A stretch of 64,000 bases of DNA from an uncultured Methanoregulaceae archaeon (GTDB lineage Archaea; Halobacteriota; Methanomicrobia; Methanomicrobiales; Methanospirillaceae), in NCBI GenBank assembly GCA_963717525.1, contig OY970343.1, positions 928,001 through 992,000 on the forward strand. The letters are read 5' to 3'. The notes beneath the pieces were generated by a model, which saw only the letters and a list, made by a program, of their open reading frames with translations, made no database searches and was not told where the DNA came from. The stretch's first letter is position 1; every line of letters starts with the position of its first letter. The position numbers and the translations under genes were made by a program. Shown here one piece after another: positions 31,789 to 42,062 of this stretch.

Positions 31789-32460
31789 TCAGATCGCAAG
31801 CATCCGTTCATTCTCGCGCAGCCATTGGCGGTGCTGCTCGTAGTCCGGCATGGCCTTTTTCACTTTTTCCCAGAAACGGTCCGAGTGATCCGGCTGGCGC
31901 ATGTGAACCAGTTCATGGACGATCACGTAATCTATCACCTCGGGTGGGGCAAGGACAAGACGCCAGGAAAATGAGAGGGTCCCGGTCGTACTGCATGAGG
32001 CCCAGCGCCGCCGGGCATCCGAGATCCGGATCTTTTTTGGCACGTAATCGAGAATGGCGGCAATGCCGGCAACCCGGGCCGGCAGGATCTCGGCCGCCTT
32101 TTGTGCATACCATGCAACAAGGAGCGCCCGGCACTCTGGCAGCCGCCGGTCTCCGATATAGAGCCGGTCTCCCAGCATTATCCCGGCGTCACTTCCTTCC
32201 AGCACCTCAAGAGTGCAGGAGTTTCCGAGGAACAAGAATTGTTCACCGGGAACGAAGCGCCGCTCACCGGGAGACGGCCGGTTCTGTGTTTCAGCCATCT
32301 TCTTTTCGATCCACGCCCGCTTCTCTTCTACCAGTTTCAGGATCCAGGCTTCCGATGCCCGGAGTGGTGCCCGGACCACAAGTGCAGCATCGGGCGTGAT
32401 CTCAAGCGAGATAGTCCTTCGGTGGGAGCGGATGATCCGGGCGGGGCGGAGGCTGGCCAT
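31789..32460 (-). CDS. M48/YgjP-like zinc metallohydrolase (DUF45)
   Basis: RWASC, YVIVHELVH, HSDRFW. Confidence 0.9.
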   Translation of the reverse strand: MASLRPARIIRSHRRTISLEITPDAALVVRAPLRASEAWILKLVEEKRAWIEKKMAETQNRPSPGERRFVPGEQFLFLGNSCTLEVLEGSDAGIMLGDRLYIGDRRLPECRALLVAWYAQKAAEILPARVAGIAAILDYVPKKIRISDARRRWASCSTTGTLSFSWRLVLAPPEVIDYVIVHELVHMRQPDHSDRFWEKVKKAMPDYEQHRQWLRENERMLAI

Positions 32461-32619
32461 GGATTTAGTTCATTTCTCATGTTTGCCTTCCTGCCAGATG
32501 AGGCTTTAGTGTGCCCGGCAGACAGGAAGTGAGGCTCCTTCCGGTTTCAGACTGTACCGCCGGGCACTCCCTCTGCCATGCCATACTTATATTGCATGAT
32601 CCCACGAAGATTAGTGCGA

Positions 32620-32983
32620 ATGGCACAGGAGCCGGTATTCAGGTATAAACAGTGCCTCATCGTGCGAAACGACATAAAGATGAGCTGCGGCAAGAAATGC
32701 GCACAGGCAGCACATGCTTCCATCGGCGCATTCGAGAGTGCAGACAAGACGTTGCGCAAGGCATGGCAGGTCGAGGGGCAGAAGAAAGTGGTACTCAAAG
32801 CGGAGAGCGAGCGCGTGCTTTTTGAGATTAAGGTGATCGCGGAACGCTCCGGGATATCAACGTCGCTCATCCAGGATGCCGGGCATGACCGAGATCCCCC
32901 CGGGCACCATCACCGCGCTTGGCCTTGGACCGGGAAAGACCGAAGACCTCGACAAGATCACCGGATCACTCTCGCTCTTATGA
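32620..32983 (+). CDS. pth2: Peptidyl-tRNA hydrolase Pth2 (frameshift near 32885)
   Basis: [32 protein letters not shown]-(TEIPPGT). Confidence 0.93.
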
Positions 32984-34252
32984 TGGAGAGCCCGTATGCG
33001 CTCGAACGCGAGCTCGGGATGCAGTATTATTCCACCGATACCCCCGGGCATAGGGGGAACGCTCCGCACGGTGCCGGAAGATTTTATCGTCGATGAGATC
33101 CCGCTCGACAGAAAGGGCGGTGCGTCCGGCCCGTACCTGATCTGCCGACTCACGAAATCCAACTGGGAACTCCAGCACGCGGTAAAAGAGATCGCACGCC
33201 GGCTCAACATCAGCCACCGGCGCATCGGCTGGGCAGGGACCAAGGACCGGAATGCCCGGACCACGCAGCTCATCTCGCTCTACAAGGTGACACCGGAAGA
33301 GATCGCCAGGCTCCATATCAAAGATATCTCCCTTGAAGTTATCGGGCAATCAAACGAGCAGCTCTCGCTTGGCGATCTCGGGGGTAACCGGTTTGAGATC
33401 TGCATCCGGGATGCGGACCCGGAGGAACTGGCCGGCCGGGTTGCTGCCGTTACCAAGACCACGGCACAGGCCCTGCCCAACTATTTCGGGCTCCAGCGCT
33501 TCGGCGTCATCCGCCCCCTGACGCACCGGGTCGGGGAACTGATCCTGCGCGGCGAGTACGAGCAGGCAGTGGCAGTGTACGTGGGCCAGGCATTCCCCCT
33601 CGAAAGAGAGGAAATTCGTAACGCAAGGACCACATTCCGGGAGACCCGGGACGCGGCTGTCGCCCTCCGCGAACTCCCCGTGCAGATGTCCTTTGAACGC
33701 TCGATGCTCTCGTACCTCCAGGCCCGGCCGGGCGATTATGCCGGGGCGCTCCGGCAGCTGCCGCCCAAGCTCCTTTCCATGTTTGTCTCTGCGTTCCAGT
33801 CGTACCTTTTCAATTATGCTCTCTCCCACCGGCTTGCTGCAGGCAATACCCTCGCCGATCCGGTCCCGGGTGACCGGCTGATCTTTGCGAACGGGCGTAC
33901 TGACATGGCGACCGCAGCAAACCTTGCGGCGGTTACTCTCCACCTTGCCCGGGGCCGGTGTTCGATTGCGCTTTTCATGCCGGGCAGGGACGAACCGGGC
34001 GCTCCCGCCGGGGATGAGGCCACGCGGTCAATGCTCGCCGACCTGCGGATCACTCCCGACGATTTCCGCAAGGCTTCGGTCTTTGTCCAGACAAAGTTTG
34101 ATGGGGCGTGGCGCCCGATCGCCCTCAGGACCACGGTCGATGCATCCGTCCAGGATACAGGTGTCAGTCTCAGGTTCACCCTGCCCCCGGGCCATTATGC
34201 GACCACCGTATGCCGGGAATACATGAAGGCTGACCCGATAAAGATGGTCTGA
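32980..34252 (+). CDS. truD: tRNA pseudouridine(13) synthase (frameshift near 33045)
   Basis: [43 protein letters not shown]. Confidence 0.95.
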
Positions 34253-34384
34253 TAACTTTTTTTATCCCGAAAAGGACACGTTTTCAATGAATTATTTTTA
34301 AGCCGGGTATCGGGAGATGTGCACACACCCCGTGCATGAAAAGAGAGGATGGTGGTAGCATCCTGCCCCGAAAGATCGGCCGGT

Positions 34385-35221
34385 CTAAATATTCAGGGAG
34401 ATGGGGAAGGGCTGGTGCGATTGTTGCTGTGCGTTTGCCAGTGCCTGTGCGCCCTCAATCGCATCGTTGAGGTTCCCCAGCCGGTCGACAAGGTTGATCT
34501 TCAGCGCATCAGCGCCCCGGAATACCCGGCCATCCGCGATATCCGAGCGCGCAATCGTCCGCTGGGTCGTCACATCCGTGATGAACTCATCGAAGCTCTC
34601 GTTGACGATCTGCTGGGCGTAGGCCTCTTCAGCAGGAGAAAGCGCACGGGATGTCGACCCCATGTCCTTGAATGCCCCTGATTTGACGACGGTGACGTTG
34701 TAGCCCTCCTGGTTCATCCAGCCGCTGACATCGGAGAACGTCCAGATGACGCCTATCGCCCCGGTCAGCGTATCGGGATCCGCATAGATCAGGTTGGCAT
34801 GGGCACTTACGTAGTACGCGGCTGAGGTGGCCATGTCCCCCATGGAGACCACGACTGGTTTCTTTGTCTTGGCGTACTCCATGTCGCTGATGATCTCCTC
34901 TGCCGCCGCCGGCGACCCCCCCGGACTGTCCACGCGGAGCACGATGGCAGAGACCGTCGGGTCATCGGCAGCCTCGCGGAGCTGGTTACCCACGTATTCG
35001 CTCCCGATACTGTCATCGGTCGAGAAATCGCCGGTCGAGAGCGTGCCTTCCATCCGGATGACCCTGACACTGGAATGCCCGTTTCCCGCGATAAAGTACA
35101 CAGCAACAAAAATCCCGATCACAATGAACAGACCGGCGATGATGATCAACAGCCATTTCAGGCCGGCCCGTGGTGCCGGGGCCGGTGAAATCGTTGCAGG
35201 ATAGATATCAGGAATTTCCAT
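34385..35221 (-). CDS. sppA: Signal peptide peptidase SppA (S49)
   Basis: DSPGG, ATSAAYY, GAIGV, GRVF.G..A. Confidence 0.92.
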   Translation of the reverse strand: MEIPDIYPATISPAPAPRAGLKWLLIIIAGLFIVIGIFVAVYFIAGNGHSSVRVIRMEGTLSTGDFSTDDSIGSEYVGNQLREAADDPTVSAIVLRVDSPGGSPAAAEEIISDMEYAKTKKPVVVSMGDMATSAAYYVSAHANLIYADPDTLTGAIGVIWTFSDVSGWMNQEGYNVTVVKSGAFKDMGSTSRALSPAEEAYAQQIVNESFDEFITDVTTQRTIARSDIADGRVFRGADALKINLVDRLGNLNDAIEGAQALANAQQQSHQPFPISLNI

Positions 35222-35235
35222 AAAGGTGAGCTCTT

Positions 35236-35916
35236 TCAGGAGTACAGCACGTCAAACTCGGAAACGAGATTGCTGCCGCACATGTAATATTTCTTGAGAT
35301 TTAACCGGATCATCTCGTCTTCGGTATTGATATGCATTCCGCCGACAAGGGATGGCGTATCCGATCCGCCGACAATGAACGGGAGATGGATGAGCCTTAT
35401 TTCATCGACAAGCTTCTCGTGGAGCATATGCCAGTTGAGGGTCGGACCCCCTTCTATCATCAGCTTCTTGATCCCGAAGTCGTCGTGCAGGATCTGCATA
35501 AGGACCTGGAGATCCACATGGTCTTTTCCTGCGGCGATCACGGTCACGCCCTTTGCCCGGATCGCTGCGACCCGGTCCCCTGGGGCCCGTTCCGATACCG
35601 CAATAAGCGTCGGTGCATCGGGCCCGAGCACGTTTGAATCGAGGGGGATGTCGGCCATGCTGCACGGAATGACGCGGAGCGGGCTTTTGCCGGGGATAAG
35701 CCGAACCGTTAAATAGGAATTGTCGATCCGTATGGTATTTGCGCCAACCATGATCGCATCGTAGGCAGCCCGGGTCTCATGGAGCAGGATCTCGGTCTCG
35801 TGCGCCATGTATTTCATCAGGATCTTGCTGGAGGCACCTTTTTTCAAGGTGAGCTTGCCGTCAGCGGTGATCTCGGACATCATCAACACGTGAGGGCGGT
35901 GCGTTGCTGCTGCCAT
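35236..35916 (-). CDS. RibD C-terminal-like reductase (archaeal pyrimidine reductase family)
   Basis: TADGKL, DAIMVGANT..IDN, LMIEGG, LVDEI. Confidence 0.85.
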   Translation of the reverse strand: MAAATHRPHVLMMSEITADGKLTLKKGASSKILMKYMAHETEILLHETRAAYDAIMVGANTIRIDNSYLTVRLIPGKSPLRVIPCSMADIPLDSNVLGPDAPTLIAVSERAPGDRVAAIRAKGVTVIAAGKDHVDLQVLMQILHDDFGIKKLMIEGGPTLNWHMLHEKLVDEIRLIHLPFIVGGSDTPSLVGGMHINTEDEMIRLNLKKYYMCGSNLVSEFDVLYS

Positions 35917-36061
35917 TGCAATCAACTCTCTTGTTTCATTGGACGCGGTACATAAATAATATGGTGGATTCCCTTTTAGAGAGTAAATACCCCGGTTAAT
36001 GCTGCCATTCACCGGAATCATCCCGTAACTATTAATGGTTCGTGTACCCATGATGTGAGCT

Positions 36062-36694
36062 ATGAACATTACCGCTCTCCGCCCCCGGTTCAAGCAGTAC
36101 CTGGAGCCGGTTGCCGGGGTTTTTGTCCGGTGCGGTATCACGCCAAACCAGTGTTCGTTCCTTGCCCTCGTCGCCGGGATCGCCGCAGCGGTGCTCTTTA
36201 TGGAACGCTGGTTCCTTGTCGGGAGCCTGCTGTTGCTCCTCTCCGCGCTCTTCGATCTGGTCGACGGCAGTATCGCACGGCGTACCAACTCCCACACCAA
36301 CTTCGGTGCGGTCTTTGACTGGATCGTCGACAAATACGTGGATGCACTGGTGCTCCTGGGTGTCGGCCTCTCCGGGATCGCAATCGTAAGCGGTGTCCTG
36401 CCGGTCTCCCGGACTGCAGATCTTGCCGTTATCGGCCTTGCGATCACCGGTTCGCTGATGAACACGTTCATCAAGCCGGTCGTCTACGCTGAGATCGGGT
36501 ACCGGGAGAAAGTCGAAGGCAAGATCGACGACCCGCTGGAGGGTGTCGGGTTCTTTGGCCGGCCCGAGACGTTCCTTGTGCTGATACTCGGGGGCCTCAC
36601 CGGGTTTATCTGGATCTCGGTCATTATCATCGCGGTCTGCACGAACCTGTCGGCTATCCAGCGGATTGTGTACCTGTACCGGACCCTGTCCTGA
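36062..36694 (+). CDS. CDP-alcohol phosphatidyltransferase (archaetidylinositol-phosphate synthase-like)
   Basis: DLVDGSIARR...FGAVFDWIVDKYVD signature. Confidence 0.9.
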   Translation: MNITALRPRFKQYLEPVAGVFVRCGITPNQCSFLALVAGIAAAVLFMERWFLVGSLLLLLSALFDLVDGSIARRTNSHTNFGAVFDWIVDKYVDALVLLGVGLSGIAIVSGVLPVSRTADLAVIGLAITGSLMNTFIKPVVYAEIGYREKVEGKIDDPLEGVGFFGRPETFLVLILGGLTGFIWISVIIIAVCTNLSAIQRIVYLYRTLS

Positions 36695-36962
36695 ATGAGG
36701 GCCAGCGGTTCACCGGTGTTTTTTCACGAGTGAACTCCCCTCGATCACTCGGCCACTCGTTCCGGTCTTCCCGGAAGTTCCTCCCTTTTTCCCGGTATGC
36801 TCACGGCATCACCGCCGATGTGATAGTCACTACCGAAAGCAAGCGATTTGAGTCAATAAAACCGGAGCAGCGAGAAGAGGGGCTGGTGCAGGGACAATCC
36901 AGAACAGATTATCCGGAAAGAATGAGAGAGATAGGAAAAAAATCGGAACAGGCTTGCGTACG

Positions 36963-37868
36963 CTATGTCCGCGGGAGTTCGGGCTCATCATGCCCGGGCT
37001 CCGGGTCAAGTGCAACTGCAGGTGCCGTCAATGGTGCGGGCTTCTGTGGCCCCTTCCCCCGGATCCGGTCAAAATCGCGGACGATCTCCCCATAATACAA
37101 CTGGTACAGATCATCGGCAAAGGAGCCGAGCTGGGGTATGAGGACAAAGAGGCCGTACGCGATCAGGATCAGGGCGACGAGCGCGAGCAGCTCCGCGATC
37201 ACATTGTGCGCCCAGAAGAAGCTCTCGTACCCGAACTCGCCGTTCCCAGCTATATCGGACCAGTACGGGAACCACTGTCCGGTATATGCCATAATCACAA
37301 AGACATTCCGGAACAGGTTGAGGATGTAGATGGTCGGTGCGACAAGGATAAACGCAAAGACCTTCTGCCTGAACGTGGTCGGCACAGCGGCGGCGACGCC
37401 GAGCATGATCGCGATGCTCTGCATGCCGGTGCAGGCAAGGATGATCTCGACCCGGAAACCGTTCTGGGCGATGATGTTCCATGTATCAAGGCTGACCGGG
37501 TAGTTGAGGAGCTGGAGCAGCCAGACAATCTCACTCACCACATTCGAAATAAGCCAGGTGCCGGCCGCGGGAAGGTATGCGAACGGTGCATAGATCAGGA
37601 ACGCAACGGCTGCAGCCCGGGAAAGGTGCAGGACACGGGTGTCATTCGAGAGCAGGTATTTTACCGTGATAAACAGGAACGGGACCGAGAGTACCGCCAT
37701 GAGGGGGTACAGGAAATTATTCTCGGAAAAGTACTCCGGCAGCGCAGCAAACAGGAAGACAACGATAAAGATCCAGCCAACGATCGCTGCATAGCTCCGG
37801 TGGCGACCGGGTATCAGGGATGCCAGAAATCCGATACAGGAAATCAGGACAAGATACTCGATCATCAT
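36963..37868 (-). CDS. artA: Archaeosortase A
   Basis: IILACTG, NLFRN, SFFWAHN catalytic motifs in a polytopic membrane protein. Confidence 0.9.
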   Translation of the reverse strand: MMIEYLVLISCIGFLASLIPGRHRSYAAIVGWIFIVVFLFAALPEYFSENNFLYPLMAVLSVPFLFITVKYLLSNDTRVLHLSRAAAVAFLIYAPFAYLPAAGTWLISNVVSEIVWLLQLLNYPVSLDTWNIIAQNGFRVEIILACTGMQSIAIMLGVAAAVPTTFRQKVFAFILVAPTIYILNLFRNVFVIMAYTGQWFPYWSDIAGNGEFGYESFFWAHNVIAELLALVALILIAYGLFVLIPQLGSFADDLYQLYYGEIVRDFDRIRGKGPQKPAPLTAPAVALDPEPGHDEPELPRT

Positions 37869-38035
37869 ACATTTATCTGCGTTTAATCAAAAAAAGGATT
37901 CTCCCATGACATACCATCCTGCAGGAGGTAAACAGGCACCGGGCCCTCTTTTCCATGGAGGGAAAAACAACAGTCGCGCAGACAGGGGTCGGCATAATCA
38001 CCTTAATCTTGTATCATGACCTATACTGGAATCCG

Positions 38036-38350
38036 ATGTTTTGCCCGGAATGTAAAACGATGTTAACCTCATCTGCCGGCCAGCTTAAATGCCGCAAGTG
38101 TGGGTATATCAGGAAGATTGCATCCACCGAACATATGACCCGCAAGAAGGAGCGCACGGAAAACGAGATCACCATCGTTGACGACGAGGACGACCAGGTA
38201 AAAACGATGCCTACGATCCAGATCAAGTGCCCCAAGTGCGAGAACAACCTCGCCATCTGGTGGCTCCGCCAGCTCCGGGCTGCTGATGAGAGCGAGGTGC
38301 GTTTCTTCCGGTGCACCGAGTGCGGTCACACATGGCGGCAGTACGATTAA
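38036..38350 (+). CDS. tfs: Transcription factor S (TFS/RpoM)
   Basis: MFCPEC...CRKCG and CPKC...QLRAADE...CTECGHTWR. Confidence 0.95.
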   Translation: MFCPECKTMLTSSAGQLKCRKCGYIRKIASTEHMTRKKERTENEITIVDDEDDQVKTMPTIQIKCPKCENNLAIWWLRQLRAADESEVRFFRCTECGHTWRQYD

Positions 38351-38468
38351 GAGCGTGTCATACTTATATACTATAAACATATCAAAATACAAATAATAGA
38401 CAAATAAGCAAAAAACACCAATTCAGTTACAAAAATTTTTATTATATTAAAAAGGACTGACTTAACTT

Positions 38469-38651
38469 ATGCCAGATGCAACCTTACAAAACGATATTGA
38501 GGCTATTATAAGAAAAGCTCGATCTCAACCCGGGATTTCCGAACTGATGAAAGCCTATCGGGATTATGACGAGGTTATAGGGCAGACTCAGGTATATTCT
38601 AGTACACAAATCAAAGAACCATATTTTATTTTAAGTAATCAGACCTCGTGA
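38469..38651 (+). CDS. Small hypothetical protein coupled to the SDH protease
   Basis: 60 aa; preceded by an AT-rich TATA-like stretch; stop 4 nt before the next ATG. Confidence 0.6.
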   Translation: MPDATLQNDIEAIIRKARSQPGISELMKAYRDYDEVIGQTQVYSSTQIKEPYFILSNQTS

Positions 38652-38655
38652 TAAT

Positions 38656-39648
38656 ATGCCAACTTGGAGTGAGATTTTAATAGAGCTCAACCAAGGACGC
38701 GCACAACATCAAAACAATGTTTTTGATGTTGTTCGAAGAAAATACCTTGTTCAACTTTCTGCTCATACTGGACGGAATTGTATTTTGTATGCGACCAACT
38801 GGATACAGCCAGGTAAAGATCCATGGGGTGTGTCAATTAATGACGAGGATATTCAAGGACTCATGGAAGTTATCTATGGATTGAATGGTGGAAATCTAGA
38901 TCTTATTTTGCATAGTCCTGGCGGATCACCAGAAGCGGCAGCTGCGATTGTATCATATCTTCGCTCAAAGTTTTCCGATATTCGGGTAATTATCCCACAT
39001 GAAGCTATGTCTGCAGCGACGATGATTAGTTGTGCATCCAATAAAATCATTATGGGAGGGCATTCTTTTATCGGGCCAATCGATCCGCAGTTCATCATGC
39101 CGAATCAATTTGGTACGATGGCTATTCCTGCCCAAGCAATACTCGACCAGTTCGAGAAGGCACAAGAGGAATGCAAAGATCCAAAGAAGATGGGCGCATG
39201 GTTACCGATCCTAAGTCAGTATGGCCCTGCCCTTCTAGTCCAGAGCCAGAATGCAATCGATTTATCGAAAAAATATGTGAAAGAATGGCTCGAACAGTAT
39301 ATGTTTTCCAGTGGCGTTGGAGATGCTCAGGCCACTGCCAATTCACTTTCTGACCATGCACGATTTAAGAGTCATGGTCATCATATCAGCAGGGATGAGG
39401 CCCGATCGTTCGGTTTGATTGTCGAGGATTTGGAATCCGATCAAATACTTCAGGATCTGGTATTGTCTGTCTATCATGCAACGACCCATACATTCAACGC
39501 TACATCTGCAATAAAAATCATTGAGAACCAAAATGGTCGTGCTTTTGTAAGAATTCAGGCAGTATTACAGCCCCAAATTATCCAGCAACTCCCCCCACAA
39601 CAACCTGTGGTTCCTGCTCCACAGCAACCTGCACCTCCTCCTCCGTAA
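38656..39648 (+). CDS. SDH-family Clp-fold serine protease (SDH_sah/S49-like)
   Basis: LHSPGG, AMSAATM, GPIDPQ, SHG; Pro/Gln-rich C-terminal tail; AT-rich coding sequence. Confidence 0.85.
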   Translation: MPTWSEILIELNQGRAQHQNNVFDVVRRKYLVQLSAHTGRNCILYATNWIQPGKDPWGVSINDEDIQGLMEVIYGLNGGNLDLILHSPGGSPEAAAAIVSYLRSKFSDIRVIIPHEAMSAATMISCASNKIIMGGHSFIGPIDPQFIMPNQFGTMAIPAQAILDQFEKAQEECKDPKKMGAWLPILSQYGPALLVQSQNAIDLSKKYVKEWLEQYMFSSGVGDAQATANSLSDHARFKSHGHHISRDEARSFGLIVEDLESDQILQDLVLSVYHATTHTFNATSAIKIIENQNGRAFVRIQAVLQPQIIQQLPPQQPVVPAPQQPAPPPP

Positions 39649-39820
39649 TAATTTACTTTCGGAAATGCGAATGATTGAGGCATGGATCACGTCACGCTCT
39701 AGCTCGATTTCTGCTCTCAGGAACAGCAAATGCTTGAAGTTTCATCACTGAGGAAATATGCGATTAGGGATAAACACGAGATTGAAAAACTATTTCGTTT
39801 GGTTTGATAATTACTTCACT

Positions 39821-40336
39821 ATGAAATACTGCTCCGAATGTGGCAAACCATTGGCGAGCGAAACCGCAAACTTTTGTGAAAACTGTGGTGCAAAAGTAAA
39901 CAATACAACCCCCCCACCTCAGCCAACAGTGGTTATAATACCAGAAGAGAAAAATCCTGTTTTGGCAGCAGTTTGTTCACTACTTGTTCCGGGATTCGGG
40001 CAAGTTTATGATGGAAAGATGGCGAGAGGATTTGCTATCTTTTTTGGAACGGTAATCGGTCTTATTTGTTTAATTGTACCAGGAGTTATTATCTGGCTTT
40101 TCGGGGTATACGATGCATATTCCATTGCCAAAAAGATGAACAACAAAGAGATCCCTTTCCTTCCCACAAAAACAGCCCATCTAATAATCTATATCGTTTT
40201 AGTAGTGATCATTTCCGTGATTGTCTTTGCCATTTTGGCATTAATTGCTCTAGCATCAATAGCTTCACATGTAACCCCACTAACTCCTTCAGCAATTCCA
40301 ACTATAACATTTCCAACCGTCGCGTCTCCTTTCTAA
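39821..40336 (+). CDS. Zinc-ribbon, TM2-like membrane protein
   Basis: YCSECG...FCENCG, KNPVLAAVCSLLVPGFGQVY, three to four TM segments. Confidence 0.8.
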   Translation: MKYCSECGKPLASETANFCENCGAKVNNTTPPPQPTVVIIPEEKNPVLAAVCSLLVPGFGQVYDGKMARGFAIFFGTVIGLICLIVPGVIIWLFGVYDAYSIAKKMNNKEIPFLPTKTAHLIIYIVLVVIISVIVFAILALIALASIASHVTPLTPSAIPTITFPTVASPF

Positions 40337-40410
40337 TATAATCATAATTTCCCTTTTTGCAAAACGCAAAATTTTGCAAAAATATTAAATCCTCATTACT
40401 AGGGACGATG

Positions 40411-40560
40411 ATTGCGATGCCTCCCCGCATCAGGGCCCCTCCGGGGCACGGCGGGGCTAGGGGGCGTCCGGGATTTCTCCCTGATCTATGGCGAGGGTGC
40501 CCCATCGGGGGCGGTGGCTCTCTTCCCTCATTGGGGGAAGAAAGTGACATCCCCGATCTC
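40411..40560 (+). repeat. Bipartite GC-rich hairpin element, copy 1
   Basis: CGATGCCTCCCCGCATCAGGGCCCCTCCGGGGCACGGCGGGG ... GCCCCATCGGGGGCGGTGG. Confidence 0.8.
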
Positions 40561-40579
40561 CCTGATCCGGGCTACGCTC

Positions 40580-40900
40580 ATCCGGGTCCGAATTGAGCCC
40601 GGATTCATCCATTCAGGATCCAATCGGAGCCCGAATCGGGCTTCTTTTAAAAATAAGCCCGAATATGCCTTATTTTTGCAATCGGAGGAATTAAAACGTT
40701 CACGTAAACGCGTTTTACTGGCCGATCTCATGCCAAACGGGTATTTGATCGATACCGGAAAAAGAGGCCGAAAAAGGGCGGCCATGGCCCGATTATGGGC
40801 ATTATATGGGGCGCAAATTGGGCTTATTTTTACCAACAGGGCAATATAATGCGTCTGATTCTTTTCATGTGAAATCGGACGGTTATACGGGCGTATTTTT
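40580..40900 (-). repeat. About 320-bp non-coding dispersed element, copy 2 (inverted relative to 2987-3306)
   Basis: The reverse complement aligns nearly without gaps to 2987-3306. Confidence 0.85.
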
Positions 40901-40922
40901 GGGAGAATCCTGAAAGGATCAC

Positions 40923-41089
40923 ATTGCGATTCCTCCCCCTCCTCGCTACGCCCGGAGTCGCCCGGGCCCCACGCGGGGCACGGCAGAGGGAGTGGGCGGT
41001 TTTATCTTCTCTGATCCGCCGCGCGGGCTTCCTGCCGGGGGCGGCGGCTCTCCTCGCTCGTGGGGGAAGGGGGGTGACAGCCCCCATCT
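40923..41089 (+). repeat. Bipartite GC-rich hairpin element, copy 2
   Basis: ATTGCGATTCCTCCCC...GGGCCCCACGCGGGGCACGGC...CCGCCGC...GGGGGCGGCGGCTCTC...TGGGGGAAG...GTGACA; direct repeat of 40411-40560. Confidence 0.75.
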
Positions 41090-41111
41090 GTTGAAAAAGT
41101 TCAGGTAGCGA

Positions 41112-41476
41112 GCTGATAATTCCGGAAAATGTGCGGCTCAGCAGGCTGAGAATTTTAAAAAATGTTCAGGTTCCAAGCTGAGAATTCCGGAAAAACAACG
41201 ACACAGCAAGCTGAAAATAAAAAAAAAGACCGGCCACGGTCCGGCACGACTCACTGATAATCATCAATATCTTCCGTCGGAACCGGTCTGAATTCCGGCT
41301 TCGTATAGAAAAAAGATCGATTCAGCGGCTGATAATTTTGAAAAAAGTGCGGGTTGCGGGCTGATGATTTTAAAAAAAGTTTGATCACGCAGCTGAAGAT
41401 TCCGGAAAATATGCGACTCAGTAGTTGGGAATTTCAAAAAAAGATCGGGTCACGAGCTGAAAATTCCGGAAAAAAG
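41112..41476. repeat. 32-33-bp tandem array, consensus GCTGAnAATTYYRRAAAA-N13
   Basis: Units start at 41112, 41145, 41177, 41210 and at 41328, 41360, 41392, 41424, 41456. Confidence 0.9.
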
Positions 41477-41541
41477 CCGGCCCGGTCGTTCTGCCTTATC
41501 CCTTCACATTCAGTTTCCCGGGACTGATTGTTAGAAGTGCG

Positions 41542-41916
41542 TTATTCCCTCCTCAACGCCATCTCGACGGCGACCCTGAGCTGGCGATCATCGAACGGCT
41601 TGAGAAGGAACCCGTCCGGGACGGTCTTCCGTGCCTGTTCAAGGACCTTCATGTCGTCATGTCCTGTCATGTAAACAAACGGGATGTCGGTATTTGCAAG
41701 AAGGTAATCACCGATAGCGAGCCCGTCATACCTTCCCTGAAGTTCGATGTCGAGGAGGGCAAGATCGGGTCTGCTTGTCTGGATCGCTGCCATTGCCGTC
41801 CCGGCATTATCCGCATGCCCGCAGACAGAGTATCCCAGCTTCTTCAATCGTATGTCCAGGAGGTCTGCCAGTTGTGGGTCGTCCTCGATATAAAAGATCT
41901 TCAACGGGTTCTTCAT
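41542..41916 (-). CDS. Stand-alone response regulator receiver protein
   Basis: IEDD, PDLALLDI, YMTG, FLLKPF. Confidence 0.92.
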   Translation of the reverse strand: MKNPLKIFYIEDDPQLADLLDIRLKKLGYSVCGHADNAGTAMAAIQTSRPDLALLDIELQGRYDGLAIGDYLLANTDIPFVYMTGHDDMKVLEQARKTVPDGFLLKPFDDRQLRVAVEMALRRE

Positions 41917-42062
41917 ATCCTGTCTCGAAAATAAGATGCGTTAGTATAAAATGTTTGTTTATGATGAAAACGGAGACCTATTGAGAAACGGAGCGATCCA
42001 AGACCCCGGATCGGGCCTGGCGGATCCTCCGGAAAATAGCTGAATGAAAAAAGGGAAAGATA

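Noticed and set aside
40412..40849. ORFs 40412-40849 (+) and 40528-40836 (-) as proteins
   Set aside because: They run through repeat elements, and the homologous copy at about 3 kb has stops in the equivalent frames.
41112..41476. CRISPR array
   Set aside because: Repeats are degenerate, the variable parts are only about 13 nt and resemble each other, and there are no cas genes in the window.
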